Part shown: piece by piece, positions 50,241 to 62,986 of the stretch | How the letters are laid out: the number at the start of each line of letters is the position of its first letter | How positions within the stretch are numbered: position 1 is the first letter of the stretch | Origin: Chara braunii | Lineage: Eukaryota > Plantae > Charophyceae | Direction of reading: 5' to 3' | NCBI GenBank assembly: GCA_003427395.1 | Contig: BFEA01000020.1 | Coordinates: 3,542,439-3,606,438, forward strand | Length of the DNA: 64,000 nt | The notes under the pieces: generated by a model | Database searches by the model: none | The model's input: only the letters and a program-made list of their open reading frames with translations | What the model was told of the DNA's origin: nothing | Made by a program: the position numbers and the translations under genes

Positions 50241-51118
50241 GTACGTGCATTCTTTCACGACGTACTCGTTCTCGTTAGGAGTAGCTTGAATTAATCCTCT
50301 GCCTGGCATGTTTGCCTATCAGTGTGCTCCCCCCGTTACGCAGACGTATTCACCAGTGTTCAGCAGCAATCTCCGTTGTAATAGGCGAGGTTTGGTCACA
50401 CAGAATGCCTACAGCAGGTAGCGGATGTACCTCCCTTGCTTCTGAACGCTACAGAGGTATAACTGTTGATAAGCGCAGATTAATACAGTAATGGGCTCCA
50501 TCACGTTAGGGGTTACTTCCCGGCCCCCCCTCTGCCCCCTTTGTCCCCTCTTCCATGACTTTCCTCTTTCAGAAAAGGCGAACGAATATTACCTACGAGC
50601 AACAAGGCTAGGCGAGATGATCGCTTGTCAACTNTGCTTGCTGCTACTTCCCGAGGTAGGAGCCCCCGTGATNAAAAAAATATCTCAACTTTCAGAAGAA
50701 GTACACTTTACTCAAAGACTAACGTACTTTCCTAGGTAGGAAATGACGTGCTAGAAAACAGACATCAGGGAATGAAAATCGAAGCTCTGTTCTGTTCAGA
50801 CCTTTCACGATTTCCCAAGAGCACTTGCTTCACTTACGTTCTGTCCAAACCTTTCCTGACTTCTTCCCANCTACACTTAACTAAGGACTGACCTTGGTCG
50901 GTGATGCTNGGTTCAAATTNTTACCAACTTTCCAAGCTACTTCACTCATGCTCTGTTCAACACTCTCCCGATTTTCCAGCTACAAGTAACTCAGGACTAA
51001 CCTTCTTCGTCTGTACTCAGCTCCAACCTTTATCAACTTCCGAACTACAGTTCGCTCAGGAGTTAACGTGCTCTGCTCCCGTTATGCTGTTGTGATTTTG
51101 TGCTTCGAATCTGTGAAG

Positions 51119-51375
51119 GAAAAAGGCGTTCCCACGGACTGCCAGCATCTCATATTTGCTGGGAAGCACCTTGAGGATGAAGAGAATCTGGCAGACTTGA
51201 ACATCCAGAAGCAGTCAACGCTTCACCTTGTGCTTAGACTGAGAGGGGGAACGATGATCAAGGTCAAGACACTCACGGGAAAAGAGATAGAGATTGACAT
51301 CGAGCCAACTGATACAATCGAACGAATCAAAGAGAGAGTGGAGGAGAAAGAGGGGATTCCGCCGGTCCAGCAGAG
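51119..51375 (+). CDS. RUB1: Exon of ubiquitin-RUB/NEDD8 fusion gene (ubiquitin C-terminal half plus RUB N-terminal 42 aa); last exon not found in the window
   Basis: aag|[86 protein letters not shown]|gttag. Confidence 0.88.
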
Positions 51376-51724
51376 GTTAGCTTTCTTTTCTCGCCATCCT
51401 NTCCTTTTCAGATCTGCTTTGAAGTTGCTGCGCCTTGATTTTTCTCAATTGCTGTTGCTTGGAAATGTTCCCCCTTTTTGTTTGTGAAGGGGGTAACGCC
51501 GGACTCACAACTGGTTGTGTACCATTCAGCCAGACGGGCGGAGAGGCTGGAAATTTTCCTGATCCAAGGACCGAGCCCCACTGTGTGGATCAAAACTGGG
51601 TAATGCGGGAAGCCGATTATCTCGGCCACTTCAAATCGCCAGAAAACCGCTCGTATGGACCTGGTTTTGCCAGAATCACCGTCTGCAATAACGTTGGATG
51701 GCGAATCTGACCCTGAAGTTTTGG

Positions 51725-52052
51725 GTTTATCGGGTGCATACCCAGTATTATCAGATAGTTTCCTCCGGTGCAATAACGCTGTGGCCCAATGTCTTGGGCG
51801 TTATTGGGTGCATACCCAGTATTATCAGATAGTTTCCTCCGGAGCAGACTATTTGGTTTTCTTTAAACCTCTACTACCTCCGATCCTGTTTTTACCGATC
51901 CTGAATTTCACTGATAACGCTGTGGCCCAATGTTTTGGGCGTTATCGGGTCCATACCCAGTATTATCAGATAGTTTCCTTCGGAGCAGACTATTTGGTTT
52001 CTTTAAACCTCCACTACCTCCGATCCTGTTTTTACCGACCCTGAATTTCACT
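51725..52052 (+). repeat. Internally repeated block (74 and 141 bp periods)
   Basis: CATACCCAGTATTATCAGATAGTTTCC at 51737, 51811 and 51952; partial fourth copy at 52177. Confidence 0.9.
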
Positions 52053-52185
52053 GCGCACCGAGTTTTGCCGACCCTAGGTCCCATTGTCTTTTCTTTTCTG
52101 GTACTTATACAAAAACAAAACAACAACTGGATTTCATCACGGCAAGGACAAAATAAAAAAACTAAGGAGGGGGTTCATACCCAGT

Positions 52186-55100
52186 ATTATTATTATTATT
52201 TTTTCTTTCTTTAGAAACCTTATCTTTTCAAAAAAACAGACAGAAATTACTCGGGTCTTAACTCAGCGACCCTTATGAGTAGAGCCTAAAGCGGCTTCAA
52301 CCAAGGGGACAAAATCAGTTTGCCTTCATTTGAGAACTGTTTCTTGTCCAGGTTTTGGAGAACCACAAAAGGGAGGGACCCCGGCACGCTGTGCAGCTCC
52401 TCCAGTCTGAAATGATCATCAGTCTGAGATTGGAGCGAACCTGCTGCTGTTGTTGGAACACCGAGACTTTCTCTCCCTTGAAAGCACTGGCATTTCTTGC
52501 TTTCCAAATTTCATAGCACAATATGCCCCTGCAGACCAAAGCCAAATAGACTCCCTCTGAATATTTCAAATCAGTATCTGGGAGAAGGCCATAAAGAATC
52601 CAATCATCATTCCAATCGAACGTGTTCCCTGCCAACTGCCGCCAATGATCAGACCACCACAATCACAATTCATCGGCCAAAGGGCAACAGGTCCACAGAT
52701 GCACAAACGATTCCCAACCCCACTGACAGCGGGTGCAGGTAGGAGGTAACGTCCACTCCTTTCTGAGACAACCAGTGGGCAGTAGGGGTGACCATTAATG
52801 ATTGCATCCACTGCAGACTGACATTTTTCTGAGAAGGTATTTTCTTTAGAGCTCTCCACACGGCAAACCAATTAGGCAGCTGGTCATCAGGACCTTTCAG
52901 TTTCCTAAACCATCTAGATGCCAGCGTCATTGGTGTCAATGTGGAGCGTTGGTGGAGTGATCTCACTCGTACTTTTGGCGTGTACTGGAATATAAATATT
53001 GTGTTCTGTCCTTCTGAGCCCTCGGAGTCAAGCACCCACGTGTACAGCATGGGTTCCACTATGAAATCTTCCCCAATTCCCAATAGGAGACAGGTCCTAT
53101 CCGCTTGCAGCACTCTAGCTTCCTCCAGGCCCACCGTAGTCTGGATTATGGTTTCCTGGACTTTCCTTAGCCTACCACTACCTGCCATTGTGCTGCTAAG
53201 ATTCCATTCTTCAATTTTAATACCCCCTGACAACTCCGGCCCCAAGACCTTCGAATACTTGCCGTTATCCTCCTCCGAGCGGGCCCAGGATCCTTCACAC
53301 AGTTCTGTGGTTGATCTTAGCATTGTCGACCAGTGTCTGGGAACTGCCTGGATAATCTTCTCCAGGTTTGCAGGAACTTGCCTCAATCTAGGAAGTTTTT
53401 GCCTTAGTTCATCACCCGTAAGCCAATCATCCTTACCACAATCCCAGATGTGCTTGATCTGTACGACCCCTCTTTCTATCCAAGTATGTCCAAAATGCCC
53501 CCCCCCCTCCTTTTGCCAAAAACATATCACCCCTGTCGTTGACCAGCAATGGATTCTCAAACAAGACCTGGTTGGCCACTTCCTGTCTTGTGGATGGCTT
53601 TCGGCAGATTGTCGGGCGCACCTTCTTCCATGCACCCAGAATACTTCGCCATGTTCTGGACTTGACTCTTCGGTTCAGAAAGGAGGGAATAAGACAACAC
53701 TGTCAGACTCATGTCTCCTCCTTCAAGGACCATTCCTGTCCCAATATATATTGTGCAAATTTTACCCACAGCTTCGTGGGGTCCTCTAAAAGGGCTTTGA
53801 TTACCCACTTAGCTAGAAGGGCCAGGTTCTGTTTATGGGGGCTTAGAATCCCCAAGCCCCCTTGTGACTGTGGAAGAGAAACCACCTCCCTGGCCACCTT
53901 TGGTATATAGCCCTGATCTTCCTCAGCAGAAGGTTTTCATAAATACCTGGTGGCCGCTCTGCGAATTTCAGTATACGCCTCATCCCCTAACAAGCAAACC
54001 GACAAGGGAAACCAAAGCACCGAAAAGGCTGCTGGTGATAAAACCAGAGCTCTCCCAAACAAAGAGAGCTTGTAATTCCTGAGCCATCCCTGAATTTTGG
54101 CAATGACCCGGTTGGTCAGCTGCTGATCCTGTGACCTTGAACAATCTTTAAGAGCAACTTGGATACCTAAGAATCTTTCTGAATTTGCTGTCGGGATTCT
54201 TCTCAGGCCCCAGTCTACTTTCAACAGAAGGATATCTGGTAAAAAATAGACTGATTTGGACCAATTTATTGATGCTTCCGAAAGTGTACAATATTCATCC
54301 AACAGCCTCCTCAATTCTCCTAGGGAAGAGCGGGAGTTTTCACATGCGACTGTCAGGTCATCAGCGATTGCTCTTGCTTTCCAATGGGGGGAAGGGCTAA
54401 CTATCAACCCAGTAATACTATCATTGTATCTAATATTATATATTAAAACTTCGAGTTGGAGAACGAAAAGTAACAGAGCAAGGGGGCACCCTTGCCTAAG
54501 TGAAGGGGTCAACTGGAATTCCTCGGACAAATGTCCATTGACCATGACTACCGAAGTGGCACTTGCATATGATGCATGGATCCATTTGAGAAAGCCGGGG
54601 CCAAATCCCATTCTTTTGAGGGTCGTTGAAACAAAGGCCCACCCCACTTTATCGTACGTCTTTTCAATGTCAAGCATTAGGACCGCCACTTCTCTCTTTT
54701 CTACTCTGATTACTTCCAAGGCTTGCATTGTTGTTAGAATGTTTTCAAAGATTGACCGGCCCTTGACAAAAGCCCCTTGCTCCCATCCCACTAGTTGGGG
54801 AAGTTCTGCTGCCAGGCGAATTGTTAGGGCCTTGGCCATAATTTTGTAAACAACATTCATAACAGAAATGGGGCGGTAGTTCTGGACTTCCCGCTTATCT
54901 CCCTTTTTGTATAGTAAGGAAATAAAACCCTTCACAAAATTTTCTGGGAGAGAGCCTGTACTCATGGCTGAATTATAAATCTAACAAAGGAAGGGGGCAA
55001 ATCCTTCCCATGTACAGAGGAATAACTCAACCGGGAGCCCATCTAAACCTGGACATTTTCCATGTGTCATTTGCTTAACTGCAACAGTTAGTTCTTTAAT

Positions 55101-56028
55101 CGTAAAGGGAGAATCCATTATTTCTCTGGATGTTTGGTTAATTCAAGCATGTGATCTGTTCCAAAAGGATGAAGTAAGAGCTAAGTCTGTGTCAAATTCA
55201 TTGAAAGATCTCCTTGTAGAAACAATATCCCGAAAGTACGAGAGCGCATAAGAGCAGAGCTCTAATGGATTTGATGTTATAGGGCTGTGTACATCAAGAG
55301 GATGTACCAATTCCCGTATCGCCGGTTTGGTCTGTCTAAGAATCAGCGATCGAAAAGTGAGTTTGGTCATTTTATCGTATCCGATTATGCCCCGGAGTTT
55401 AAGCCACTCCAGCCACTCGGCCTGCTTCTGAATTTCCAAGGCCTCTAATGCCGCGAGAGCATCTGTCCTCTTTTCGGACCAGTAATGGTCCGAGAAGGGA
55501 TCCTGACCCATGTTAGCCTCTGCTTCTTCAATTATTCGTTTATTTCGCAGTTCTTTCCAGTTACGGGAGGCCGCCTTCATTCGAGAGAAGACGATGAGGG
55601 CCTCTCTGATAATACCAACTCCCACTTCTGCCCACGTATCCTGAGTATCGAACAAGTCTTTGGCGTTTTGCCATTCTGTCATTTGAGAATTTATGCATTT
55701 AGGAATTCCTTTGTCCTTTAAATTATTAATGTTTAGTCGAAAAGGAGGTCTGGCAGATTGCATCAAATCTTTGGAGATCACACCAATCATCACTGGATAG
55801 TGGTCTGACAGCGAGGCTATTTCATAGTCTGTTGTTATACAATGGTCCCACAGAGTCCCTCATGCTGCCACAAAGTCCAAACGCCTCTTGGGTCTAGGGG
55901 TCTTGTTGTCTGGCTTCGGGCCATACCATGTGTACCCGTGATCTTCGGGGTTCATATGTCTGTAGGTGTCAATTAAGCATTGTGAGTCTAGAAAGGACTC
56001 AGGTTCTCCACCAACAGGAATCCTGTGC
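52186..56028 (-). mobile_element. Decayed L1-type LINE: APE endonuclease C-terminal part, RT, zf-RVT, 3' UTR and (TAA)n tail; 5' part interrupted or lost
   Basis: LIDTYRHMNP..GYTW..RRLDFV, SLSDHYPV; KCPGLDGL; NYRPISVMNVVYKIMAK, LDIEKTYDKV, LRQGCPLA, AIADDL; WLKPL* ending at 52286; TATTAT tail at 52186-52200. Confidence 0.95.
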
Positions 56029-57473
56029 TGTGACGAACCGATTTCTGTCCCGCGCGACTTTCTGCGTGATAACAATGAGGGGTCCTAAGCTGGGAAGGAT
56101 GGGCCATTTACGGGAGATCGGGATTAAGGGAGAATTGCATCAGTGTCCTTGTTTTTTTTCGTCCTTTCTCTTTCGACGCTTCTTTTTCGGATGATTGGGT
56201 GCAGCGCCGGGCGAGCCCCGGGATGATTGATTGAGTGGCTGTCGCGCCGACCAGGCGCGATTAATAACGGTTGACGCCGCTTCTTTTTTGTGCTGTGGTC
56301 GGATTTAGGCGCAGAGGTCGCGCGGGAATTTTGTTTCGTTCTTTTTGAATTTCTTTTTTCGAATCTTGTTGGACCCTTTATGACTTTCAAAACTTCGGAT
56401 TTTCTTTTCGGAATTTGTGCTTCTTTTTGCATTAGCTAGGAATTTAGGAATTTTGGGAATTTAGGATTTTCTTTTGCCGCGCAACGCTTTTTTGCTTAAG
56501 TGCTTCTTTTAGCGGCTGCAACGGAGCTCTTATTAGTCGGCACCCTTAATCGTGTGTGTAACTGTAATTTTGGGCGGGCGCCATTGTAACTGTATCTTCC
56601 TTCTTGAACTTCGTCTTTCCTGCTCTCGCTTTTTCTCTTGCTGTGTCTAGCCCCCCCGCGGACTGCATGCTCGGATCGATGCGTGGAGAGAGGCTACATC
56701 CCCCACGCCGCGATCTGGCCATGCAGAACGCAGGTGCTCCCTCTCCTAATCTCCTTTCTAAGTCCTTGTTATTCCGTGTTCTTCGCGCATGCATGCACGC
56801 TATAAATTCCGGCTGCGCGATTAGATAACTCTCTTAACCAGTTGTTGGAAGCTCGGGGGGCGCGATCAGTGAGGGTCGGCTCGCGAGTGAAGTAAGAGGT
56901 GAGTTGAAGTGGGAGTCCGGCGACCCGACGAGCTGGTGCCTAACGCGCGGGGTTGACGCGGGCCACGACGGACTGTGGGTGCGGGCGAATCTGACGGGTG
57001 CGGGATGACTAAGCGGGGTGACGACTTCGTGGGTTGGTGCGTGACGATGGACTGTCCACATCGGAGGGAGAGAGAGAGGGAGCTGAGGTTGATGGACGTG
57101 GATTTGCAGTTTTCTTTGTCTTCTCTCCCTCCTTGCTTTTGTATATAAATTTTGATCTCGGCTCAAGGCGATTCGCCTGTCTTCTTTTTGTCTTCGGAAT
57201 CCTTGTCTTGGTTTCAGCCCGCACTCGTTTTGCGATTGATCTTGATCTCATTTGTTGTGTGTGTGTTTTGTCGAATGAATCGATGAATGAATGTCATGTC
57301 CGTTGCTTTTCTTTTGTCTGGTCCTTGCCTTTGCTTGTCCTTTTGATACACTCATGAGCATAGTAGAAATTTCTGCGTAGTCGTCAATACTGCTTCCATT
57401 GCTGTTTATCCCCTTTTGAGCTAATGTTGTTGCTGCACCTTGCATGCTCAGGAACGAGAGCGTACGGGATCAC
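56029..57473 (-). mobile_element. LTR-like insertion abutting the LINE break
   Basis: Begins TGTGACG exactly where LINE homology stops and ends GGGATCACG; non-coding; TATA-like motif on the minus strand at ~57145; no TSD found. Confidence 0.35.
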
Positions 57474-60400
57474 GGAGTAAGTAGGTGATTGGGTAGTGTT
57501 TGTCTAGAGACAAGCGAGTACCTCGCGGGGATGCGTGTAAGCGCGATCTGATTTGCGCAGACTACACGCATCCACGCGCGCCGATTCGCGGCCATTGACG
57601 AACTTGACACCTTCGATATCGGGTAGGTGGGAACTTCCCCTTCCCCCACGCGCCTAAACGGATAGGAGTTTCCAATATCACATCGAAAAATCCCCTTGCC
57701 GATTAGACGCGCGCGGGAGGATCCCATCACACTGCAATGATAAGATGCCGAGCTCTTGGGATTCGGAGTACTTCGACCCTTGGGTGAGAGAATGTATTAG
57801 GCAGAGATACCCGGAATTCCCCTGCCTAACCGAGAATCGATTGTGCCTCAGGGAGTTTCACCGCGCCACAACCAGCGATCCAAGGTGCCCCGATTATCCA
57901 ACTACGGATAACTCGCACTACTTCGTATCCCCCGGTTTCGTCGTTATTACTACCCGTTTCCCTCCCTTCCGTCTCCTCCTCCCATATCACCAACTGTTAC
58001 ACATTGTGTCACAATGGCCTGGGTAGGCCCGACAGATTGGGGTTCAGGGGCCGGTCCAGGCCCAAGGCCGGACCTTTACCACGGCGGAGCCATTCTAGGC
58101 CGTCGGTTGGCCCTTTTAGGCCACTTACGGACCAGACCCGACGGGCAGGCCCAAACGACATTAACGATTGGGCCTGGCGGCGCTCTTGAGGCTGCCGCCG
58201 GCCAGTCTGATCTGAACCGTCGATCTGGACGATTCAGATCACGGCCAGGCCTCGCAGCATTGAGGCCGGCCTCTTTTTCACCGGTACTTAATACCAGTCC
58301 AGCCTCATTGTGAGGCATTGAGCAACTGGACGCTGCGGTAGCGCCAGTTCGCTTCGGTTCAGCAGCAGGAGCGTTAGCGCTAGCGCTATTCTTAGCGCAG
58401 CGTGGAGGACGAGCAGCAGCGGCGAGCGAGGAGCCAGGCAGCAACCACCAGCAGCGCGGCGGCCATAGCCGCCTGCGACCTGCAGTCGGATTGCGGCGTA
58501 GCCAGGTACTAGGAGGCGAGGGAGTATCTCCTCCCTCCACGGCCCCAGCTCTCTCCTCCTCACCTCCTCCTCCTCTGCCATTTCTTCTTCTTCTTCTTCT
58601 TCAGACTTCTTCTTCTTCTTCTTCAGACTGGGGACTTGATACTAGTTGGACAGAGATCAGTGTTGGACTTCGGTGGTAGGAGGCTGTGGTACTTACCGGA
58701 TTCGAGACTTGGAGATTGTTGCGGTTGATACTTGGCTGCATCACAGATCGGACACCGTTTACATTAGGACTCTGTACCTCCGACATTGGTGACTTATTGT
58801 CCACGACATTTTGATCTTGTTCGATGACATTTTGGACTACCATATCGGTGACCTACTGGATTCTATCTCGGTGACAATCTGGTGCTGCCTACATCTCCCA
58901 CCTCCTTCGTCTCTCCTCCCACCTTTCATCTGTGTATGAGTGTACGGGGCCTGAGCATCGTCTATGATTGGCTCAGACCCCACCATCTCACGATTGTTTG
59001 TGTGTGGAGTGATATCTGTGTGAGTCAGTCCATTTATCAGACTTCCGCTGCATACATGCTCATCCTATATTGGTTGATCTCTTGGTTCTGCCCATACTTG
59101 CTCATCCATTTATCAGTCTATGTGAGTCAGTCCATTTATCAGACTTCCCCAGATCTCTCTACCAGGCCTCACACTCCTGCATCAGCAGGTTACAGGGCAC
59201 GGCACCGGCCAGTGTCGTTCTGGCATCGAACAGCCGTAGATCACTGAGTATATCAGCAATGGAGTCGTCTAAGATGAGTTGCTAGAAGTCCCCAGAATCT
59301 TAAATCATTCTTAAGACCCCCATTGGCAACCAACCAACAAACCATGGATAAGGGAAAAACTCAGAAACATTCATGGCGACTACTCAAAACTCTACTGAGT
59401 CGCTATTCATGTGTGTCAAAAAGCCTCCCAACCACAAATCAGATAGGTGAAACCTATTCAATCCACCTACGACCACCACCAGCATGGCTGTTTTCAGCAC
59501 GAACCGAAGCTCTTCTAGGCCTCATGCTCCCATCAGGTTAGGTTACAGAGTTGCACCACCTTGCTCCATCACCGGCCAGCATTGCTCCAGTTACAACCCC
59601 CGATGACCATTGAGACTGCCCCCGCAAACAGCCCCCCAGATCTCTTTACCAGGCCCCACGCCCCCACTAATCTAGGTCACAGAGTTGTGCCACCTGGCTC
59701 CGGCTCCGGCCAGCATTGCTCCAGCATCGGTCTTCGAGGGCCACCAAATTTTCGACCACCCTTCACACGATCACAGATGACTTGCCAGATATCACCTATT
59801 CCTACAACCTCCTCGAGAGGCAAACCAAATAGAAAGATATGGAAAGAAATACTAAACTGGATGTTAGAATTCTTCGAGAGAGATCGCCCCTCCCTCCCCC
59901 TACCCCTCCCCCCTCAGTCCTACACTGCCTCTGCCGAGGTGAGTCACCCACTCTCCCTCGGCCCCAATATAGGACCACCCCTCTACCCTTCTTTCGACCG
60001 TAAGTACACCTTCTAACCAATAGCCAAAAAGCTCTGCGGCTGCACCTTTTTTATAAGACTCGAGAGAGACACAGTTCCCATTTACAAATCAGGAAACTCA
60101 AAAGCGCTTTTAAAAATACTTATCAATAAAATAAACATTAATAATAATAGTTTTCCCCAATAAAAGGATCGGTTAGGACTAAATGTCAAGGAGCACTGAC
60201 CAAACGCACCCAACCATGATCAACTCCTGTTGTCCTCTCAAATTAACTCAAAAGGACTGCAGGCTCCGTGTGCAGTGTGGTCCCATAATGGGATACTAAC
60301 AGGTAGTCTCTCTCCATTGAAGCAGATCGTTGGACTTCCACTAATGGGTACCCGTGTCCGATGGCAAGGAGGGGGCTTATGACCTTCCGGGGGTGATAAG

Positions 60401-61900
60401 CCTCCTACCAAAGCGGCCGCGGGTCACCCGCCCTTTTGAGAGTTCAATCCCCGACACTCAGTGGTCGTTTTCATTGGATGAACCTGGTTAGTGAGAGGTC
60501 AGCCAGTCTAGGCCATCCGCTTTCAAATTCCAAGCGAACGAACCGTTCGTTCCCCCGCCAAAAACTCTAGCAGGTAATTTAAAAATGTCAATCGAAAAAT
60601 ATTGCAAAAAAAAGAAATTTAAAATTCCTGAATTCGAGAAATAAAACGTCACCATTGTACATGGCCCTTCGATTAAACAGAGTTGGAACAGCGGTCTAGA
60701 TTGAAACGTGAATCTAAGGCGGGGCGTTCCGGTAGCCTCTTTCTTTTATTTTTCTGTTCTTTTCCATATTATTACACCTTTCCTTCTTGAGATCACGACC
60801 GCTGCAGCTGCACCTATCTCATAACTCGGCTACAGAGACCTGGCGGGCAGTTGAAAAGACTGCGCTGGTCTTTCACTGTCGCGCCCCTGGGCGAGCCCGG
60901 CGGCTACCACGACCACAGGCCGGTAGTGCTTTGCTGTACAGCAGTGCGCCGAGCCTGCATGGACCAAAGGAAAGTCCAGTGGCGCATCACCACCCTTTTG
61001 CTGTGGGAGCGCCAGCCGGATCACTGCAGGAACAAGGCCGCGCACAGGACGAACCTGGCCCACTACCAAGGACCGTGAATAGGGTGCGCCTGGTACACTG
61101 CGGAGGGCCAGGATACGGCGCCCTCCGACAACATGCCGTGCGCCATGTCCGGTGCAGAGAGCACATGCTTCCATGTGTGTCTGTATGATGTGCGGCACAC
61201 CCCCAAAAATAAGGGGTTGATGAAAAAAGGGGGAGGGGTGGGGTATAGTGGCATGCCTCTCCCTCCCCTCACCTCACCTCATAAAATTATGAGTTGACAA
61301 GAAAAAGAGGTGCATGAAATGCTGTCCCCCCCAAAAATAGGTGGTTGATGAAAAAAACGAGGGATGGGGTGGGGTGGCATGCCCCCCCCCCCTTCCCCCC
61401 CCCCCCCCCCCCCCCTCCACTCCCTCCCCTCCCCTCCCCTCCCCTCCCCTCCCTTCCCCTCCTAAAAATATAAGTTTATGAGAAATAGAAATTCGGGCCG
61501 CGCTTGACAGCAGCCCTAAAAATTGTGTTGCTATCTTTCAGGTTGGATACAGTCATGATGAGGATGTACTAGCAATATGATGTTTTCTTTGCTTTTGGTA
61601 ATAATAGGGAGCTTTTGATGAACATGAAGCTCCACAATTTGTGAAATGGCCGTTACCCATGTCTCTCTCTGAATGTGTGAAATGGCGGTTACCTGTGTCT
61701 CTCTCTGAATGTGTCCAAGCTATACTCAGGCCCCTGACAGTCATGATTAGAATGCGTGGTGCTCTCGGATACTGAGCTTTTCTGAACTTCGATGAGGGCT
61801 AGTTGTGTCCTCCAATGTATACACGTGAGGTTTCATGTTCGATAGAGTCATGATGAGGGAGCATTGTCTTTGAATGTACGCAAACTATCTTTCAGGCTCG

Positions 61901-61976
<76 letters not shown>

Positions 61977-62419
61977 ACACAAAAACCTGCACCTGTCTGT
62001 GTGCACAAGCAGCAGTTGCGTGCAGCCAGTGCGCTGCACCTGTGCCGTGGTGCGTGTGCATCACCCATCCGCGCACCGCGGTGTGCACAGGTGCACCACA
62101 AGTATGTTTTTTTTTTTTTTTTTAAAACCTCGGGTTTAGCTGAAGTGGCCGTGATGTGCTGCGTGTAAGGCTGTGGTGCTTGTGGACTGAACAGAGACTT
62201 GGAGCTACATGGTGGAAAGGTGTGGACTAGGCACAAAGTGCAGCAATTTGGACATCTCTGCCGAATTGCTGGACACGAAGTGGTGGCCAAAACTGCTTCC
62301 AAATGTATGCTATTTAGAATCTCAAAAGACTCTAGTCTTATTATACGGCCAATACCAGTATACTTTGGTTAATCACAGGACACCACTCTTAGCCGGCACT
62401 TTGAATCTGTGAGCTGGAC

Positions 62420-62540
62420 GGAATAGCTCGCTGGCCAACTGGCCAGAGTATTGCTATGCTTGGCGAACTGGGCAGAGAGTATTGCTACGCTTTGCCAACT
62501 AGGTGGTCGAAATATTGCTATGCTAGGCCAAGTGGATGGC
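62420..62540 (+). repeat. ~30-35 bp degenerate tandem repeat, about 3.5 copies
   Basis: TATTGCTA(T/C)GCT..GC.AA.T.G recurs. Confidence 0.7.
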
Positions 62541-62986
62541 CTGAACTTCTTTTGTTACGCTGCGTATCTTATCCTTTCTGAAGTCCGGGGTGCCTTCTGT
62601 GGCCTTCTCAACCCCTGCCTAGTTTTGTTGCTTGTGTTTCTGCGTTTTCTCTCTTTTTGCAGCATCTGTGTTTTGGATTTTTCTATTCTTTTTGTTGGGT
62701 GTCACCATCTTGCACTTTTTTCGTTCATGGACTGTGTTGAAAACTCCTGGTTGTTAGTAACCTACCTGGAAAGGCCCCATCTTTGGTGTCTTTTTCCTTC
62801 TGGCTTGCTGTTTCGCTGCCCGTGGTCATGAGATTACCTGGCATCACTTGATTCGTTTTTTGAGGGCCTTTCTTCTCGTTTTTTGAGGGCCTGTCTTCTT
62901 TGGGAGGGGGGCTGACGAAACTGGCCTTTGCGCTTTGGGATCTCGGTTTCCATATCTCCTTCGGCTGGAAGGTTGTTTTCGCGAGG

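Noticed and set aside
52941-54849. Plus-strand ORFs of 282 and 197 aa
   Set aside because: Antisense shadows of the LINE ORF2
58076-58843. LINE ORF1 for the element at 52186-56028
   Set aside because: Right strand and position, but only low-complexity sequence; no RRM or zinc knuckle visible
60190-60303. HDV-like ribozyme
   Set aside because: A P1 (GCACTG/CAGTGT), GG and a P4-like hairpin can be drawn, but P2, P3 and L3 do not fit the nested double-pseudoknot consensus
60345-60463. Functional tRNA gene
   Set aside because: The acceptor and T stems are imperfect and there is no 7 nt anticodon loop; kept only as tRNA-like
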